Assembly: GCA_965199825.1 (NCBI GenBank)
Contig: OZ241329.1
Location: 2,016,001-2,080,000, forward strand
Direction of reading: 5' to 3'
Source of the DNA: Bdellovibrionales bacterium
Lineage (GTDB): Bacteria; Bdellovibrionota; Bdellovibrionia; Bdellovibrionales; UBA1609
Length of the DNA stretch: 64,000 nucleotides
In this document: positions 20,026-30,057 of the stretch, in pieces
Layout of the letters: the number at the start of each line of letters is the position of its first letter
Position numbering within the stretch: position 1 is the first letter of the stretch
Made by a program: the position numbers and the translations under genes
Notes under the pieces: generated by a model
Database searches by the model: none
Told to the model about the DNA's origin: nothing
Seen by the model: the letters and a program-made list of their open reading frames with translations, nothing else

Positions 20026-20754
20026 TTAGTTTGCTACAGCAGCTTTTTGGCCGTTGTCATTGCAATAGGCTTGAGCAGCCATAGTTGCGATTTGGGGTTG
20101 AACAACGCCCATACATTTTTCGCAGCTCTTGTTGTCGTTACAAGCAGGATTAACACTGCCTTCACCGAAAACTTCACAAGCACGGTTCACACCTAGGATC
20201 GCAGAAGATGCTGGGCCTAAAGCCTGAACAAATTTTTCTGCGGCTTGATTGATGTTTTGAACATGTGCCGCATTGGTAGCTGCAACAGCTTGATCAAGAA
20301 TCGCTTTCAAGTTTTTGCTCGCGTCGTTATCTTGAGACAAGATTTCAACACCATGACGATCAATAAAGTTGTCTTGAGTGACTGCAAAGTAATTTTGCAA
20401 AGAGCCAGCGATCTGTTTAACAGATTGACCGCGCTCAAGCATTGCTTTCACATCCGCTTTTTGAGCAGGATCTTTTAAAGCTGTTAGGATTTTTTCAGCA
20501 TCCGCAGATTCAGCAGGATTTGATAACGCCTTCACCAATGATGAATTTGTATTCAACTGAATCACATTTACACCCGCTGCGCTGAGTGCCGCATTGACAC
20601 GAGCTTGAGCTGTTGGCGCCTGAGTTGTTACTCTTGGTGCAACTGTCTCAACAGTTTCTGTAGGTGCGCGCATTGTAACTGCGGCGTGTGCGACAGAAGC
20701 GCCCAATAAAGCTGCCACTGCTGACATTGCTATAATCTTATTCCGTACGTTCAT
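20026..20754 (-). CDS. Secreted hypothetical protein, Ala-rich with Cys-rich C-terminus
   Basis: GGAGG RBS, signal peptide ending AHA, five C-terminal Cys, own terminator. Confidence 0.85.
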   Translation of the reverse strand: MNVRNKIIAMSAVAALLGASVAHAAVTMRAPTETVETVAPRVTTQAPTAQARVNAALSAAGVNVIQLNTNSSLVKALSNPAESADAEKILTALKDPAQKADVKAMLERGQSVKQIAGSLQNYFAVTQDNFIDRHGVEILSQDNDASKNLKAILDQAVAATNAAHVQNINQAAEKFVQALGPASSAILGVNRACEVFGEGSVNPACNDNKSCEKCMGVVQPQIATMAAQAYCNDNGQKAAVAN

Positions 20755-20967
20755 TCTTCCTCCGTTTATTGACGATTCCGTCGTTTAACTTTGATATACT
20801 TTTATTAAAACTTCAAAAACCAAATCGAGATCCGCAGTCTGGCGGACACTTTTTCTAGATATGCAAGATTCGCGACTATAGCAAGCAAAGTTTTATTCGC
20901 TTTAAATGCAATCCCACAGCCATTGTTCACTATACAGACTACAGGCTTGCGTTAAACCTTCACAGGT

Positions 20968-21306
20968 TTATCCCGGTGGCCAACTCAACGTGCGTCCGCC
21001 AAGAATATGAAGGTGAAGATGAAATACAGTTTGCCCACCATCAGTTCCTTCGTTCACGATCAATCGATAGCCCGTTTCGAGACCACAAATTTTTGCGACT
21101 TCTGGAACTTTTAACAATAGGTGACCTAAAAGAGTTTGATCGGAGCTATCAATTTTTGAAATGCCACTGATCGGTTTTTTTGGAATCAGCAACACATGCA
21201 CCGGGGCTTGCGGGTCGATGTCTTCAAACGCTAAACAAAATTGATCCTCATAAATAATTTTAGCAGGAATTTGTTTCGCGATGATTTTATCAAATACAGT
21301 AGCCAT
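20968..21306 (-). CDS. HIT family nucleotide-binding protein (HinT-like)
   Basis: [33 protein letters not shown]. Confidence 0.95.
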   Translation of the reverse strand: MATVFDKIIAKQIPAKIIYEDQFCLAFEDIDPQAPVHVLLIPKKPISGISKIDSSDQTLLGHLLLKVPEVAKICGLETGYRLIVNEGTDGGQTVFHLHLHILGGRTLSWPPG

Positions 21307-21315
21307 GTTGACCTC

Positions 21316-22944
21316 TTACATCAGTTTGTAGTTGGGCCCGCTGCCACCCTCGCGGGGCTCCCAGCGGGGGCCGAGCACATCGGTGGCTTTACAGTCCACG
21401 CAGTTGGGCGCATTGACTTGGAGCTTACCATCAACCTTTTCATAAACCCCTGCTGGGCACAGGTGAGAATAAAATTCTGCAACCTCTGCAGACACATCTT
21501 GACCAACAGTCAGGTGAGATGGGATGTCGTCGCGCGTTTTATTGCCCGATAAATAGACCGCATCAACCTTACTTAAGCCCGTTTTGGATTGGGGCTCAGA
21601 AAATGTTTTTGGTTCGGCCGCATCTTCGAGTTCGTTTGCGGGGTCGCCAGGGAATAGACCCTGAGTCGCCAACATCAGTGCGGATTTGATTCCACCTTTG
21701 AAAAATCCATCTTTAAATGCCAGTCGCATATTGCGAACTTTATAAAGTTCTTTGTAGATAAAGCTCGATTTGATGGTTTCATCATAAGACTCAAGACTCT
21801 TCTGCGACACATCGTTATTTTTAAGCGCTTTAAAAATTGTACGGGCCGCATAGATTCCTGACATCATTGCATAGTGAATTCCTTTAAGCGCGGGGACATT
21901 CACAAAGCCGGCCGCATCTCCCAAAATTAAAACACCATCGCCACTCATCCGATCGGGCAGAGCATGATAGCCACCTTCGGGAATTGTTTTGGCTCCCCAT
22001 TCGACCACTTCGCCGTCTTTAAGTAAGTTTTGAAAGAGCGGATGCTGCTTCATCTTTTGGAGCAGACCATGAACATCTAAGTTTGAATCTTTGTAATCAA
22101 GCCCAACCACCAAGCCGAGCGAGATCAAATCATCAGCCAAAGGATACATCCAACTGCCGCCGAATGCGGTCTTGGGCAGCGGCCAACCGAGAGTATGATA
22201 AATTGTGTTTGGAACTTTTTTAACTTTCCAAATTTCCTTTACACCAAGTGCATAAATTTGTGGAAAGTGACTCTTGATGTTTTGCCACTTCAAATATCCT
22301 TGAGTCATTGGTCCGCGACAACCTTCAGATAGCACCGTCACTCGCGCAGAAATTTCTGTGGGAGGAGCGTATTGAGATCCAGGCGATCGATCGCGTTTTA
22401 AACCTTGGGCTGTGGTTTTAACACCCACTACAGATTGGCCTTCAACAAACAATCCATCCGCTGGGAAATTTGAAAAAATATTGACCCCAAGCCCTTCGGC
22501 TTTTTCGCCCAGCCATCGGACCATCTCACAAAGTGAACTGATATAATTGCCATGATTATCCATGGGTGGCGGCTTGGGTAAACGAAAACTATTTGTAGGA
22601 GTAAGTAAATAAACTTTTTCGCCTTCAACCGCACGTCGAAATGGAAAGTCTGAATCTTTGAGCTCAGGAAAAAGTTCACGAAATCCCATGGGATTAACAA
22701 CAGCACCCGATAAGTTATGGCTTCCCAGAGAAGGCCCTTTTTCTAAAACACCAATTTGGATATCTTTAAGGTCCGGATCGTTTTTGACCAATCGGGCAAG
22801 TTCAATAGCACCCGAAAGTCCTGCGGGCCCCGCACCCACAAACACCACGTCGAGCGGGACCACATCTTCGCCTTGAGGAGACTTGTTGATAATTATTTTA
22901 TTGAGATCCAGCGCGGTTTGAAAGGTCTTTGGCACAAAGCTCAT
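21316..22944 (-). CDS. Electron transfer flavoprotein-ubiquinone oxidoreductase
   Basis: VGAGPAGL FAD motif, AKTIPEGG, KGIHYAM, CPAGVY...NCVDCKA, GGSGPNY; start at ATG 22944 after GAGG. Confidence 0.92.
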   Translation of the reverse strand: MSFVPKTFQTALDLNKIIINKSPQGEDVVPLDVVFVGAGPAGLSGAIELARLVKNDPDLKDIQIGVLEKGPSLGSHNLSGAVVNPMGFRELFPELKDSDFPFRRAVEGEKVYLLTPTNSFRLPKPPPMDNHGNYISSLCEMVRWLGEKAEGLGVNIFSNFPADGLFVEGQSVVGVKTTAQGLKRDRSPGSQYAPPTEISARVTVLSEGCRGPMTQGYLKWQNIKSHFPQIYALGVKEIWKVKKVPNTIYHTLGWPLPKTAFGGSWMYPLADDLISLGLVVGLDYKDSNLDVHGLLQKMKQHPLFQNLLKDGEVVEWGAKTIPEGGYHALPDRMSGDGVLILGDAAGFVNVPALKGIHYAMMSGIYAARTIFKALKNNDVSQKSLESYDETIKSSFIYKELYKVRNMRLAFKDGFFKGGIKSALMLATQGLFPGDPANELEDAAEPKTFSEPQSKTGLSKVDAVYLSGNKTRDDIPSHLTVGQDVSAEVAEFYSHLCPAGVYEKVDGKLQVNAPNCVDCKATDVLGPRWEPREGGSGPNYKLM

Positions 22945-22998
22945 AGTAACCTCATCCATAAAGTTTGAAAAATGCGGTCTGTCTTTTTTAACATCGTT

Positions 22999-25062
22999 TT
23001 AAATGCGAGGCAAAAGTACAAGCGATTTTGCTTTGGTGCGTTCCATTAGTAAATCTTGGCAGCTTGAATTCTCTTGGCTTTTGCGGGGTTTTCGCAGCTT
23101 ATACGCCCCTTTTGAATCCATCTCCCAACACAAGCGATGATCGTTGAGGATTAAATTTAAAAATTCAAAAAGTTTTTCGCGCAAAGCTCGATCTTCGATG
23201 GGTGCTGCAACTTCGACTCGACCCATAAGATTGCGATGCATCCAATCTGCCGAAGAAATATAAAACTGCCCATCAATCGGATCAGCTTGACCACGCGAAA
23301 AATAATAAACCCTTGAGTGCTCTAAAAATTGTCCAAGCACACTATAGACCCGAATGTTTTTGCTAAATGAAGCTTGCGGGATCAGGCAGCAAAATCCTCG
23401 CACAATCAGATCGATCTGCACACCTGCTGTAGAAGCCTTGTAAAGAGCATCGATAATGTGTTTGTCTTCAAGGTTATTAAATTTTGCGATAATACGGGCT
23501 GGTTTATTTTGTCGGGCGTTTTCGCTTTCTTCAGAAATCAAATTTAAAAACGAGTTTTTAAGATTAATGGGAGCAACCAGAAGCTTTTTGTAATCACTCT
23601 TTAAACTTCTTCCAGTGAGGTAATGAAAGACTTCGACCACTTCGGAAACAATTTCTGGGCGCGCCGAAAAAAAACTAAGATCGGTATAGAGTTTTGAAGT
23701 GGCGGGATGATAATTTCCTGTTCCGATGTGGGCGTAAGACCGAAATTCCTCTTTTTCACGCCGAACCACAAGGGTCAGTTTTGCATGAGTCTTATGGCCA
23801 ATAATGCCATAAACCACATGGACTCCCGCTTTTTCCATCTCTTGAGCCCAAAAGATATTTCGCTCCTCATCAAGGCGGGCTTTAAGTTCAATGAGACACA
23901 CCACTTGCTTGCCTTTTTCGGCAGCCCGAATCAACGCATGAACAATCGAGCTCTTTTCGCCGGTGCGGTAAAGGGTCATCTTCAGGGCCACCACATCAGG
24001 ATCATCGGCTGCGGTTAAAACAAAACGCTCTACGGAGGTTTTAAAGCTCTCGTAGGGATGATGGACCAACATATCTTGAGTGCGTATTAAATTAAATATA
24101 TTTACAGACTCATCAGCAAGCGGTGGAAGTGTCACTCCACTCCATGGTTTATATTTCAGATGGGGCCGTGGGAGTGATGTCAATGCTGAGAGATCGAAGT
24201 ACTCAAGGGCTTGAGTGTACTCATAGATATCGTTTGCGCCTAAATCCAATTCTTGAACAATAAACTGCAACAACCAAGGGTCGGGATCGGGCCCATGCTC
24301 GATTCGCACCACTTCGGCAAATTTTCGCTGTTTGACCTCCTCTTCGATCATTTCTAGGAGATCTTCTACACCTTCTTCGTCTGCGGCTTCGATATCAATA
24401 TTTCGGGTTACCCGAAAGGCCATCACATTTTTGATTTCCATTTTTGGAAAGAGCAAATCGATATGATGCCGAATCACATCAACAAGGCTCACGAATCTTT
24501 GCGGCGAAGCTTCAAGCCAGTTGGGAAAAACCTGAGGGATTTTAATTCGGGCAAACAGTAAATCCTCTTCATTTGGAAGTCGGAGCGACACCGCGAGCGA
24601 GAGTGATAAATTAGAAATCAGCGGAAATGGATGCCCCACATCAACGGCCATCGGCGTGAGCACAGGAAAAACTTTTTGGTTAAAAAAATCGGTGGCCCAT
24701 TTTTTTTCAGCAGGTTGGAGATCGGCCCATTTTAAAAGTTCGATATTTTCTTTTTTGAGTTCTAAAAAAATTTCTTTATCTAAAAGATGTTTAATTTTTT
24801 GATTGTACTTTAAAACCTTTATTCTGATCTTTGTCAGTTGATCCTCAACACTTAATCCCTCGGCTGCCACGGTCTGAACGCCCGCATACCACTGGCGCTG
24901 CAGACCGCCCACGCGCTTCATAAAAAACTCATCAAGGTTTGAACGAAAGATACTCAAAAAACGCAAGCGCTCTAAGAGGGGAGTGCGGGGATCTTGCGCC
25001 AGAGCAAGAACCCGTCGATTAAATTTGAGCCAGCCAATTTCGCGATTTAAAAGTTTAAGCAT
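22999..25062 (-). CDS. ppk1: Polyphosphate kinase 1
   Basis: NREIGWL, SNLDEFFMKRV, HHPYESF, KTHAK, GTGNY, FLEHSR, SADWMHRNL. Confidence 0.97.
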   Translation of the reverse strand: MLKLLNREIGWLKFNRRVLALAQDPRTPLLERLRFLSIFRSNLDEFFMKRVGGLQRQWYAGVQTVAAEGLSVEDQLTKIRIKVLKYNQKIKHLLDKEIFLELKKENIELLKWADLQPAEKKWATDFFNQKVFPVLTPMAVDVGHPFPLISNLSLSLAVSLRLPNEEDLLFARIKIPQVFPNWLEASPQRFVSLVDVIRHHIDLLFPKMEIKNVMAFRVTRNIDIEAADEEGVEDLLEMIEEEVKQRKFAEVVRIEHGPDPDPWLLQFIVQELDLGANDIYEYTQALEYFDLSALTSLPRPHLKYKPWSGVTLPPLADESVNIFNLIRTQDMLVHHPYESFKTSVERFVLTAADDPDVVALKMTLYRTGEKSSIVHALIRAAEKGKQVVCLIELKARLDEERNIFWAQEMEKAGVHVVYGIIGHKTHAKLTLVVRREKEEFRSYAHIGTGNYHPATSKLYTDLSFFSARPEIVSEVVEVFHYLTGRSLKSDYKKLLVAPINLKNSFLNLISEESENARQNKPARIIAKFNNLEDKHIIDALYKASTAGVQIDLIVRGFCCLIPQASFSKNIRVYSVLGQFLEHSRVYYFSRGQADPIDGQFYISSADWMHRNLMGRVEVAAPIEDRALREKLFEFLNLILNDHRLCWEMDSKGAYKLRKPRKSQENSSCQDLLMERTKAKSLVLLPRI

Positions 25063-25080
25063 AGGGCGAAGCTTAACATC

Positions 25081-26256
25081 TTAAGCCTTGCCGAGGAACT
25101 CTTCGATTTCATGACGACGAGCAATTGTATCTTGGTAACCCAACTCAACAAGTTGGCTACAAAATGAGGGCTCAAACAGCAGATAGCTGATCAGCTCCGA
25201 CGATTCGGCAGGATTTCCCAGACCGCTGATAAAAAATTTAATCACACGGGGAAGATCATAACTGGTGTTTTTGGCAATTTCGCCAAGATCGAGGGAGGGA
25301 TGAAGATAAAGGGCTTCGATCGGCCGCATAAAATTGGCATCGGCCCCAAACCCGCTATCAGGTCCACCAAGATTTTGATTGATGATTTTTAATCGCTCAA
25401 GATCCGAATCGATCGCATCCATAAAAATGGCATTGATCAACACCGATAAAATTCGACCGAGAGTGGGATCAAGGTTGGTGGTATCAAGCACAGGCTCGCT
25501 CCGAATTTTTCTTACACCAATCACAATAATTTTATCCGCACCCATATGAATCGCGGGCGAAAGAGGCGCGGTGTTTCTTAAGCATCCATCACCAAAATAA
25601 TGATCACCCACTCGTGTGGGTGGAAAAAATATCGGAATCGAGCTTGAAGCCATCACATGCTCAACCGTAATTTGGGATCGCACCGCAATCCGTGTGGTGC
25701 GTTGCCACATAGGAACATTTAAAGGCCCATCAACAAAAGTCACACCCATAGCCGAAGCATAGTCGGTTGCGGTGATGGTGATTGCTTCAAGGTGACCGTC
25801 TAAAATATTTTGATGAATATTTTCAAATGCAACCGAGCTTAATAATAAATTTCTAAGTGGCGCAGTGTTGAGGAGACCAACGGTCTTTGGCCTTAACTTA
25901 TCGCTTAGGCTTCCAAGTGAAACACCTCGTAAGACTTTTATCGAGTTGGCAAGGACTGCGGCATAGTCGGTTTTAAAAACCTGGTCGGCGGTTAAACTTT
26001 TCCACACTTCGGTCAGTTGATAAGTTGCTTGGTCGAGATCATGCGAATGGGAGGCCAGATACGAGGTGTTGATTGCACCTGCACTGACCCCAGCCAAGAT
26101 CCGAAAGGCCTTTTGATGCCCAATTGTTTTACCAATTTCGAAAAGAGCACGCGCGCAACCTGCTTGATAAGCGCCGCGGGCCCCGCCACCTGAAAATGTC
26201 ATGCCGTATTTAGATGTGTTCACGTTGAATTCAGTGTGACAGATGCGAGTATCCAC
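25081..26256 (-). CDS. Patatin-like phospholipase
   Basis: SGGGARG, GVSAG, ASSSIP, DGC; start uncertain. Confidence 0.9.
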   Translation of the reverse strand: MDTRICHTEFNVNTSKYGMTFSGGGARGAYQAGCARALFEIGKTIGHQKAFRILAGVSAGAINTSYLASHSHDLDQATYQLTEVWKSLTADQVFKTDYAAVLANSIKVLRGVSLGSLSDKLRPKTVGLLNTAPLRNLLLSSVAFENIHQNILDGHLEAITITATDYASAMGVTFVDGPLNVPMWQRTTRIAVRSQITVEHVMASSSIPIFFPPTRVGDHYFGDGCLRNTAPLSPAIHMGADKIIVIGVRKIRSEPVLDTTNLDPTLGRILSVLINAIFMDAIDSDLERLKIINQNLGGPDSGFGADANFMRPIEALYLHPSLDLGEIAKNTSYDLPRVIKFFISGLGNPAESSELISYLLFEPSFCSQLVELGYQDTIARRHEIEEFLGKA

Positions 26257-26307
26257 TTCAATCTAGCCTCGACAAAAGCCGTCTAGAGATTTCATTTTAA
26301 ACAAAGT

Positions 26308-26718
26308 TTGTTATGCTTTAAATATATGAAAGAAAAACGCAGAGAGTTTCCACGTGAAGGTAGTGACCGCCGAGTGATCGCGCGGTTTTCAGATCCCAAA
26401 GCCCATAGCGCTTTGTCGCAAACTCAAATGTGGGTGAGACTCTTAAGTGCACTGTCACTGGGGTGTGCTGTTGCAGAAATTATTTATGGTGTGATCCAAG
26501 GTGCGCCGGGCGATATTTTATCTGGCGTTTTTATGGCAACATTTTTGGTGATTATGACCATATTGCTTGTGCAGTACTCAGTGGCCATCGGATTTTATTT
26601 AAATAATGAATCAATCAATAATTTAAATATCACATTCGAACGCCAACTCACTTTTTGGAAAGCGGTTGGCATTTTTAGTGTTTTGTTTTTACTGACCTAC
26701 GTGATCTTTAAAATCTAA
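26308..26718 (+). CDS. Small membrane protein
   Basis: Three hydrophobic helices, C-terminal FWK motif; start may be ATG 26326. Confidence 0.7.
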   Translation: MLCFKYMKEKRREFPREGSDRRVIARFSDPKAHSALSQTQMWVRLLSALSLGCAVAEIIYGVIQGAPGDILSGVFMATFLVIMTILLVQYSVAIGFYLNNESINNLNITFERQLTFWKAVGIFSVLFLLTYVIFKI

Positions 26719-27299
26719 TTGCACTTGATGGCGATTGCGTTTGGCGAATCGGTCGCTGTCCAAACGGTTGCACCGCTACAATAACTTCCGGGGCCTGAGC
26801 ACGTTTGTGAGGTCCAATTTCCACCGACATACATGTAGTAATATCCCCAGCAATCTTGATTGATGGGTGTGGTCTGACGAAGACATGGATAGTTGCTGCC
26901 AACGGGCTGTTGATTCGAAGAATAAAAGCAGCTGCCCGGAGTCATCGAGTAGTAAGCTTGGTTTGAAGGCACACAATATTTTGCAGGCACCGGTGCATTG
27001 ATAAATGTGTCCATGCAGTTGAGGCCGGCAAATTTGAATGGATTGCTGTTGCAATAGGTGTTGTCTACCACGACGTATGTTTCGCGGCTTAAACACTGCG
27101 AACCATTCTGATAAAAATATTTAGAGTTGTAGGTTTGATTTTGGCAAGACGTCACATTCGGCGCGAGATTGCCATTCTGATCACTGCAGTATCCATTTTG
27201 TGATATCGAAAAGCCGTTGTTGCTTGCCGTATTTGATGACGACGTGCTCGTACAACAGACTAAACCAAATAGACCTAATGACAATATTAAAGCTTTCAT
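26715..27299 (-). CDS. Cys-rich repeat lipoprotein
   Basis: ATG 27299, MKALILSLGLFGLVCC lipobox-like, four C-x13/14-C units and a four-Cys tail. Confidence 0.75.
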   Translation of the reverse strand: MKALILSLGLFGLVCCTSTSSSNTASNNGFSISQNGYCSDQNGNLAPNVTSCQNQTYNSKYFYQNGSQCLSRETYVVVDNTYCNSNPFKFAGLNCMDTFINAPVPAKYCVPSNQAYYSMTPGSCFYSSNQQPVGSNYPCLRQTTPINQDCWGYYYMYVGGNWTSQTCSGPGSYCSGATVWTATDSPNAIAIKCN

Positions 27300-27324
27300 A
27301 ATCTTTACCCTCTGATCCCTATCA

Positions 27325-27340
27325 AGCATGATCAGTGCCA
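27325..27340 (-). promoter_or_regulatory. Putative sigma54 promoter
   Basis: Minus strand TGGCACTGATCATGCT, GG-N10-GC, about 25 nt before ATG 27299. Confidence 0.7.
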
Positions 27341-27640
27341 CCTGTATTCGTTTTTAGTTTACCTGATTACACGAAGTGACGTTTCGCGGCTGACGGGGTG
27401 GACGAGATTTGGCTGGGTCGCGGTTGGGTTGATCGGTTGGGTTGGGCTGAGGTGAGGTTCTGGTTGGGGTTGTCTGTTTGGTCCACGATTGTAGAGCGTA
27501 AAAGTATTGAGCATTTGAGCTGCGGCGGGGGCTCGTCACTAAGGCCGTTGAGTTTGGTGAGGGCAGGAAAGCTTGGGGATTTAAAAGGCTTTTATAGGAC
27601 ATCAGCTGTACTTTTATCTCATCAAATTGGCACAGACCTG

Positions 27641-28045
27641 ATTCAAAAAAATGACACTGCCCAAAATAAAATAGAATTTATTTATTAGAATTCGGTAATG
27701 CAGTTAATTGATCAGACTCTCGGTTGCTAATTGAAGAGACGAAGTTTTTTGTGTGTATCACAAATGCCGGTCGTTTTCATTTCGACAAATGACACTGCCC
27801 CAACAAAGATTTGTTTTCGCAATATCGGTGTCTGAATCAATTTGGTTAAGCGTTATAATGTTAGCTTCTCTACGAGTGAAAATATTTAATTAAATTTACT
27901 TCAAAGATTTCGGCTGTCATACAGTGAGCGATGTTTCTAAATCGACAAATACAACTGCCCAACATATTTTTGATTTCAACTGTAATTCAGCGAGCCACAT
28001 CGGTAATTCACAATTCAACAATTGACACTGCCCCAGCATAAAATA
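27641..28045 (+). repeat. Four degenerate direct repeats (core TGACACTGCCC) upstream of the HUH endonuclease gene
   Basis: Cores at 27652, 27790, 27950 (TACAACTGCCC) and 28023, with shared flanks TC(G/A)ACAA(A/T) and (C)AACA. Confidence 0.8.
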
Positions 28046-28067
28046 ATATTTATTTACATAAAATCAA

Positions 28068-28096
28068 TTGATTTTATTGACCTAAAAATTTATAAA
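28068..28096 (+). promoter_or_regulatory. Putative sigma70 promoter, leaderless transcript
   Basis: TTGATT-N17-TATAAA, ATG 7 nt later, no SD. Confidence 0.5.
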
Positions 28097-28103
28097 ATTA
28101 GAT

Positions 28104-28703
28104 ATGGAGCAGCAAGATTTCTTCAAGTCAAATAGACGCAAAAGCTACGGTGGCGAAACAATCGGTGTCCGTAAAAAAGCGAGACCGCTCGACAATAAAA
28201 AGTTGCATCATATAGTTATGAGATCTCAATTCGCGGTAGGACGGCACAGCTTTAAGTCTGCTCATCATCAAATGAGATTAAAAAAATTAATTTTTGATAA
28301 AGCTAAACTCTACTATGTGAGCATTGCTGAGTTTAGCAATGTGGGAAATCATTTTCATCTCTTAGTGAAGTTTCAAAAGCGCCACTTGGTACAAAACTTT
28401 TTTAGAGTTGTTTTGGGTTTGATTGCTCGCATTGTGGTCGGCGCCCAAAAAGGGAAAAAGTTTGGAAAGTTTTGGGATGGTTTGGTGTTCACCCGAGTAG
28501 TATCTAAAGGAAGGGATGAAGCTCGTATCTTTGATTATTTAACAGCAAACAACATCCAGGCCGAAGTGGGAGACAAGGCTCGACATGATTTCGAACGGCG
28601 ACAAAAAATGCTGTGGAAATTATGGTTTACAAGGGTTGGTCAGGTTTCACGGCCTCAAAGACGTAATGTTGATTGCCAAGATCAAATGAATTTTTCAGTT
28701 TAA
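28104..28703 (+). CDS. HUH/Y1 tyrosine transposase-like endonuclease (RAYT/TnpA-REP-like)
   Basis: LHHIVMRS, NHFHLLV (HUH), FWDG-FTR, DYLTAN (candidate catalytic Tyr); no tnpB nearby. Confidence 0.8.
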   Translation: MEQQDFFKSNRRKSYGGETIGVRKKARPLDNKKLHHIVMRSQFAVGRHSFKSAHHQMRLKKLIFDKAKLYYVSIAEFSNVGNHFHLLVKFQKRHLVQNFFRVVLGLIARIVVGAQKGKKFGKFWDGLVFTRVVSKGRDEARIFDYLTANNIQAEVGDKARHDFERRQKMLWKLWFTRVGQVSRPQRRNVDCQDQMNFSV

Positions 28704-29917
28704 CGGTTCACACCAATCGTTTGGCGGACGAGGCGCAAGCGACAGCGATCGATCGGAACTCTCAAGTTTTTATATTCTGGTAATAAAAACGGACGGTAGC
28801 GCTCGGGTAAAAGACCGATGCGCAAAAGATGCGAATTAAAGTTTTCGATTTTCTGGCATGCACCCAAAAGTTCTTTGGGCGGGCGAAGGGCAATAAGATC
28901 TTTGCGCTGACGCAAAAATTCCATTTTGTGAACGAAATAGGTGATCCAGAGTTCGGTTTCGTCAATCGACAAAAGCCCTGGAATGCGGCGCCACTCAATA
29001 GTAGAACTAAATTTTTTTGAAGAAGGATTTTTAATCAGACGCGGCATTATCGAGGTTCCTCCGTACTGCCGGATATGGTCTTCATAAAAATGGAGCAGTC
29101 CAAAATGCATCATTTCAATGATCTGCAGACCCATTTGGTCTTTAATTATTTCAATGGTTAAATGCTCATTTCTAAATTTGTGATCTCGTCCTAATATTTC
29201 AAAACCAAATTGTCTTGAAGATGATTGAATTTCTTGAGGGGACAAAACTCGTGGTTGCCTTTGCCATTCCAAAATGAGGGGATCAATCACATCTTGGATA
29301 AATCGAAAGATCTTACCAAGCTCTTCGTGAGTCGAAAGGGTCCGACACTCAATATCTTCGCCGACCATTTCGTAGAACCTTTGTTGAGCCAGTTCGTCGG
29401 CCCAAAAATTTCGGTAAAAGAGAGGATTATTTTTAAAGGCGGCATCCACATCGAGATGAAAATGGTGCATTCCCCAATTTCTCATGGGCCAGAGTCCCAC
29501 ACTTCGAGGCACATCAAATAAAAAATGTTTAAATTGAGGTTTAAGTCTTTTAAAATGCTCAGCAAAAAACGGCGCTTTAGTGATTTCGATCACGTGGGCA
29601 TCGTATTTATAAAAGGTCACAAAATCGCCCAAAATAATTTGGACCCCTGGCCGATTTCGACCATCGGTTAACAATTTACTGCGCGTGTAGGATGACGGAC
29701 TAAACAATTCATAAATTTTTTTAAAATAAACCTCGTGTTCAGGAATCCACTCGATAGGAATTTTTCGACTGTTGCGAATCAGTTCGCGCACTTCACTCCT
29801 AAATTGAGATTCAATTAAATCTTTTGAAGTGGCAGTGGCTTCGAGACCTAGCAGATAACGATTTGGAGGAATTTCAAGAGCAAAGGATTGAAAAAGAAAT
29901 AAGAAGATGAGGCCCAT
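28700..29917 (-). CDS. Secreted putative amidoligase-like (carboxylate-amine ligase fold) protein, paralog 1
   Basis: Short signal peptide ending SFA; GLEAT, VIEITKAP, GMHHFH, TIEWRRIP in amidoligase motif order. Confidence 0.55.
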   Translation of the reverse strand: MGLIFLFLFQSFALEIPPNRYLLGLEATATSKDLIESQFRSEVRELIRNSRKIPIEWIPEHEVYFKKIYELFSPSSYTRSKLLTDGRNRPGVQIILGDFVTFYKYDAHVIEITKAPFFAEHFKRLKPQFKHFLFDVPRSVGLWPMRNWGMHHFHLDVDAAFKNNPLFYRNFWADELAQQRFYEMVGEDIECRTLSTHEELGKIFRFIQDVIDPLILEWQRQPRVLSPQEIQSSSRQFGFEILGRDHKFRNEHLTIEIIKDQMGLQIIEMMHFGLLHFYEDHIRQYGGTSIMPRLIKNPSSKKFSSTIEWRRIPGLLSIDETELWITYFVHKMEFLRQRKDLIALRPPKELLGACQKIENFNSHLLRIGLLPERYRPFLLPEYKNLRVPIDRCRLRLVRQTIGVNR

Positions 29918-30057
29918 ACTTTGACGTATCGAAAGAGCGCTCTCGTGTTCAACTTTAATTCATCGGATTGCATTCTATTTAGTATTTGTAAGAACTTGAG
30001 GCGCTATATTGGTGTCGAACAGCTAGAGGCAAAGGAAATCAGCCATATTCCTATTGA

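Noticed and set aside
27354..27688. Short ORFs 27354..27602 and 27398..27688
   Set aside because: Low-complexity products explained by the G/T skew; no RBS or recognisable motifs
27641..28045. CRISPR array
   Set aside because: Repeats are short and degenerate, spacings are irregular (73-160 nt) and there are no cas genes in the window
28104..28703. Complete IS200/IS605 element
   Set aside because: No tnpB, no paired subterminal hairpins seen, and the two paralogs are too diverged to be recent copies
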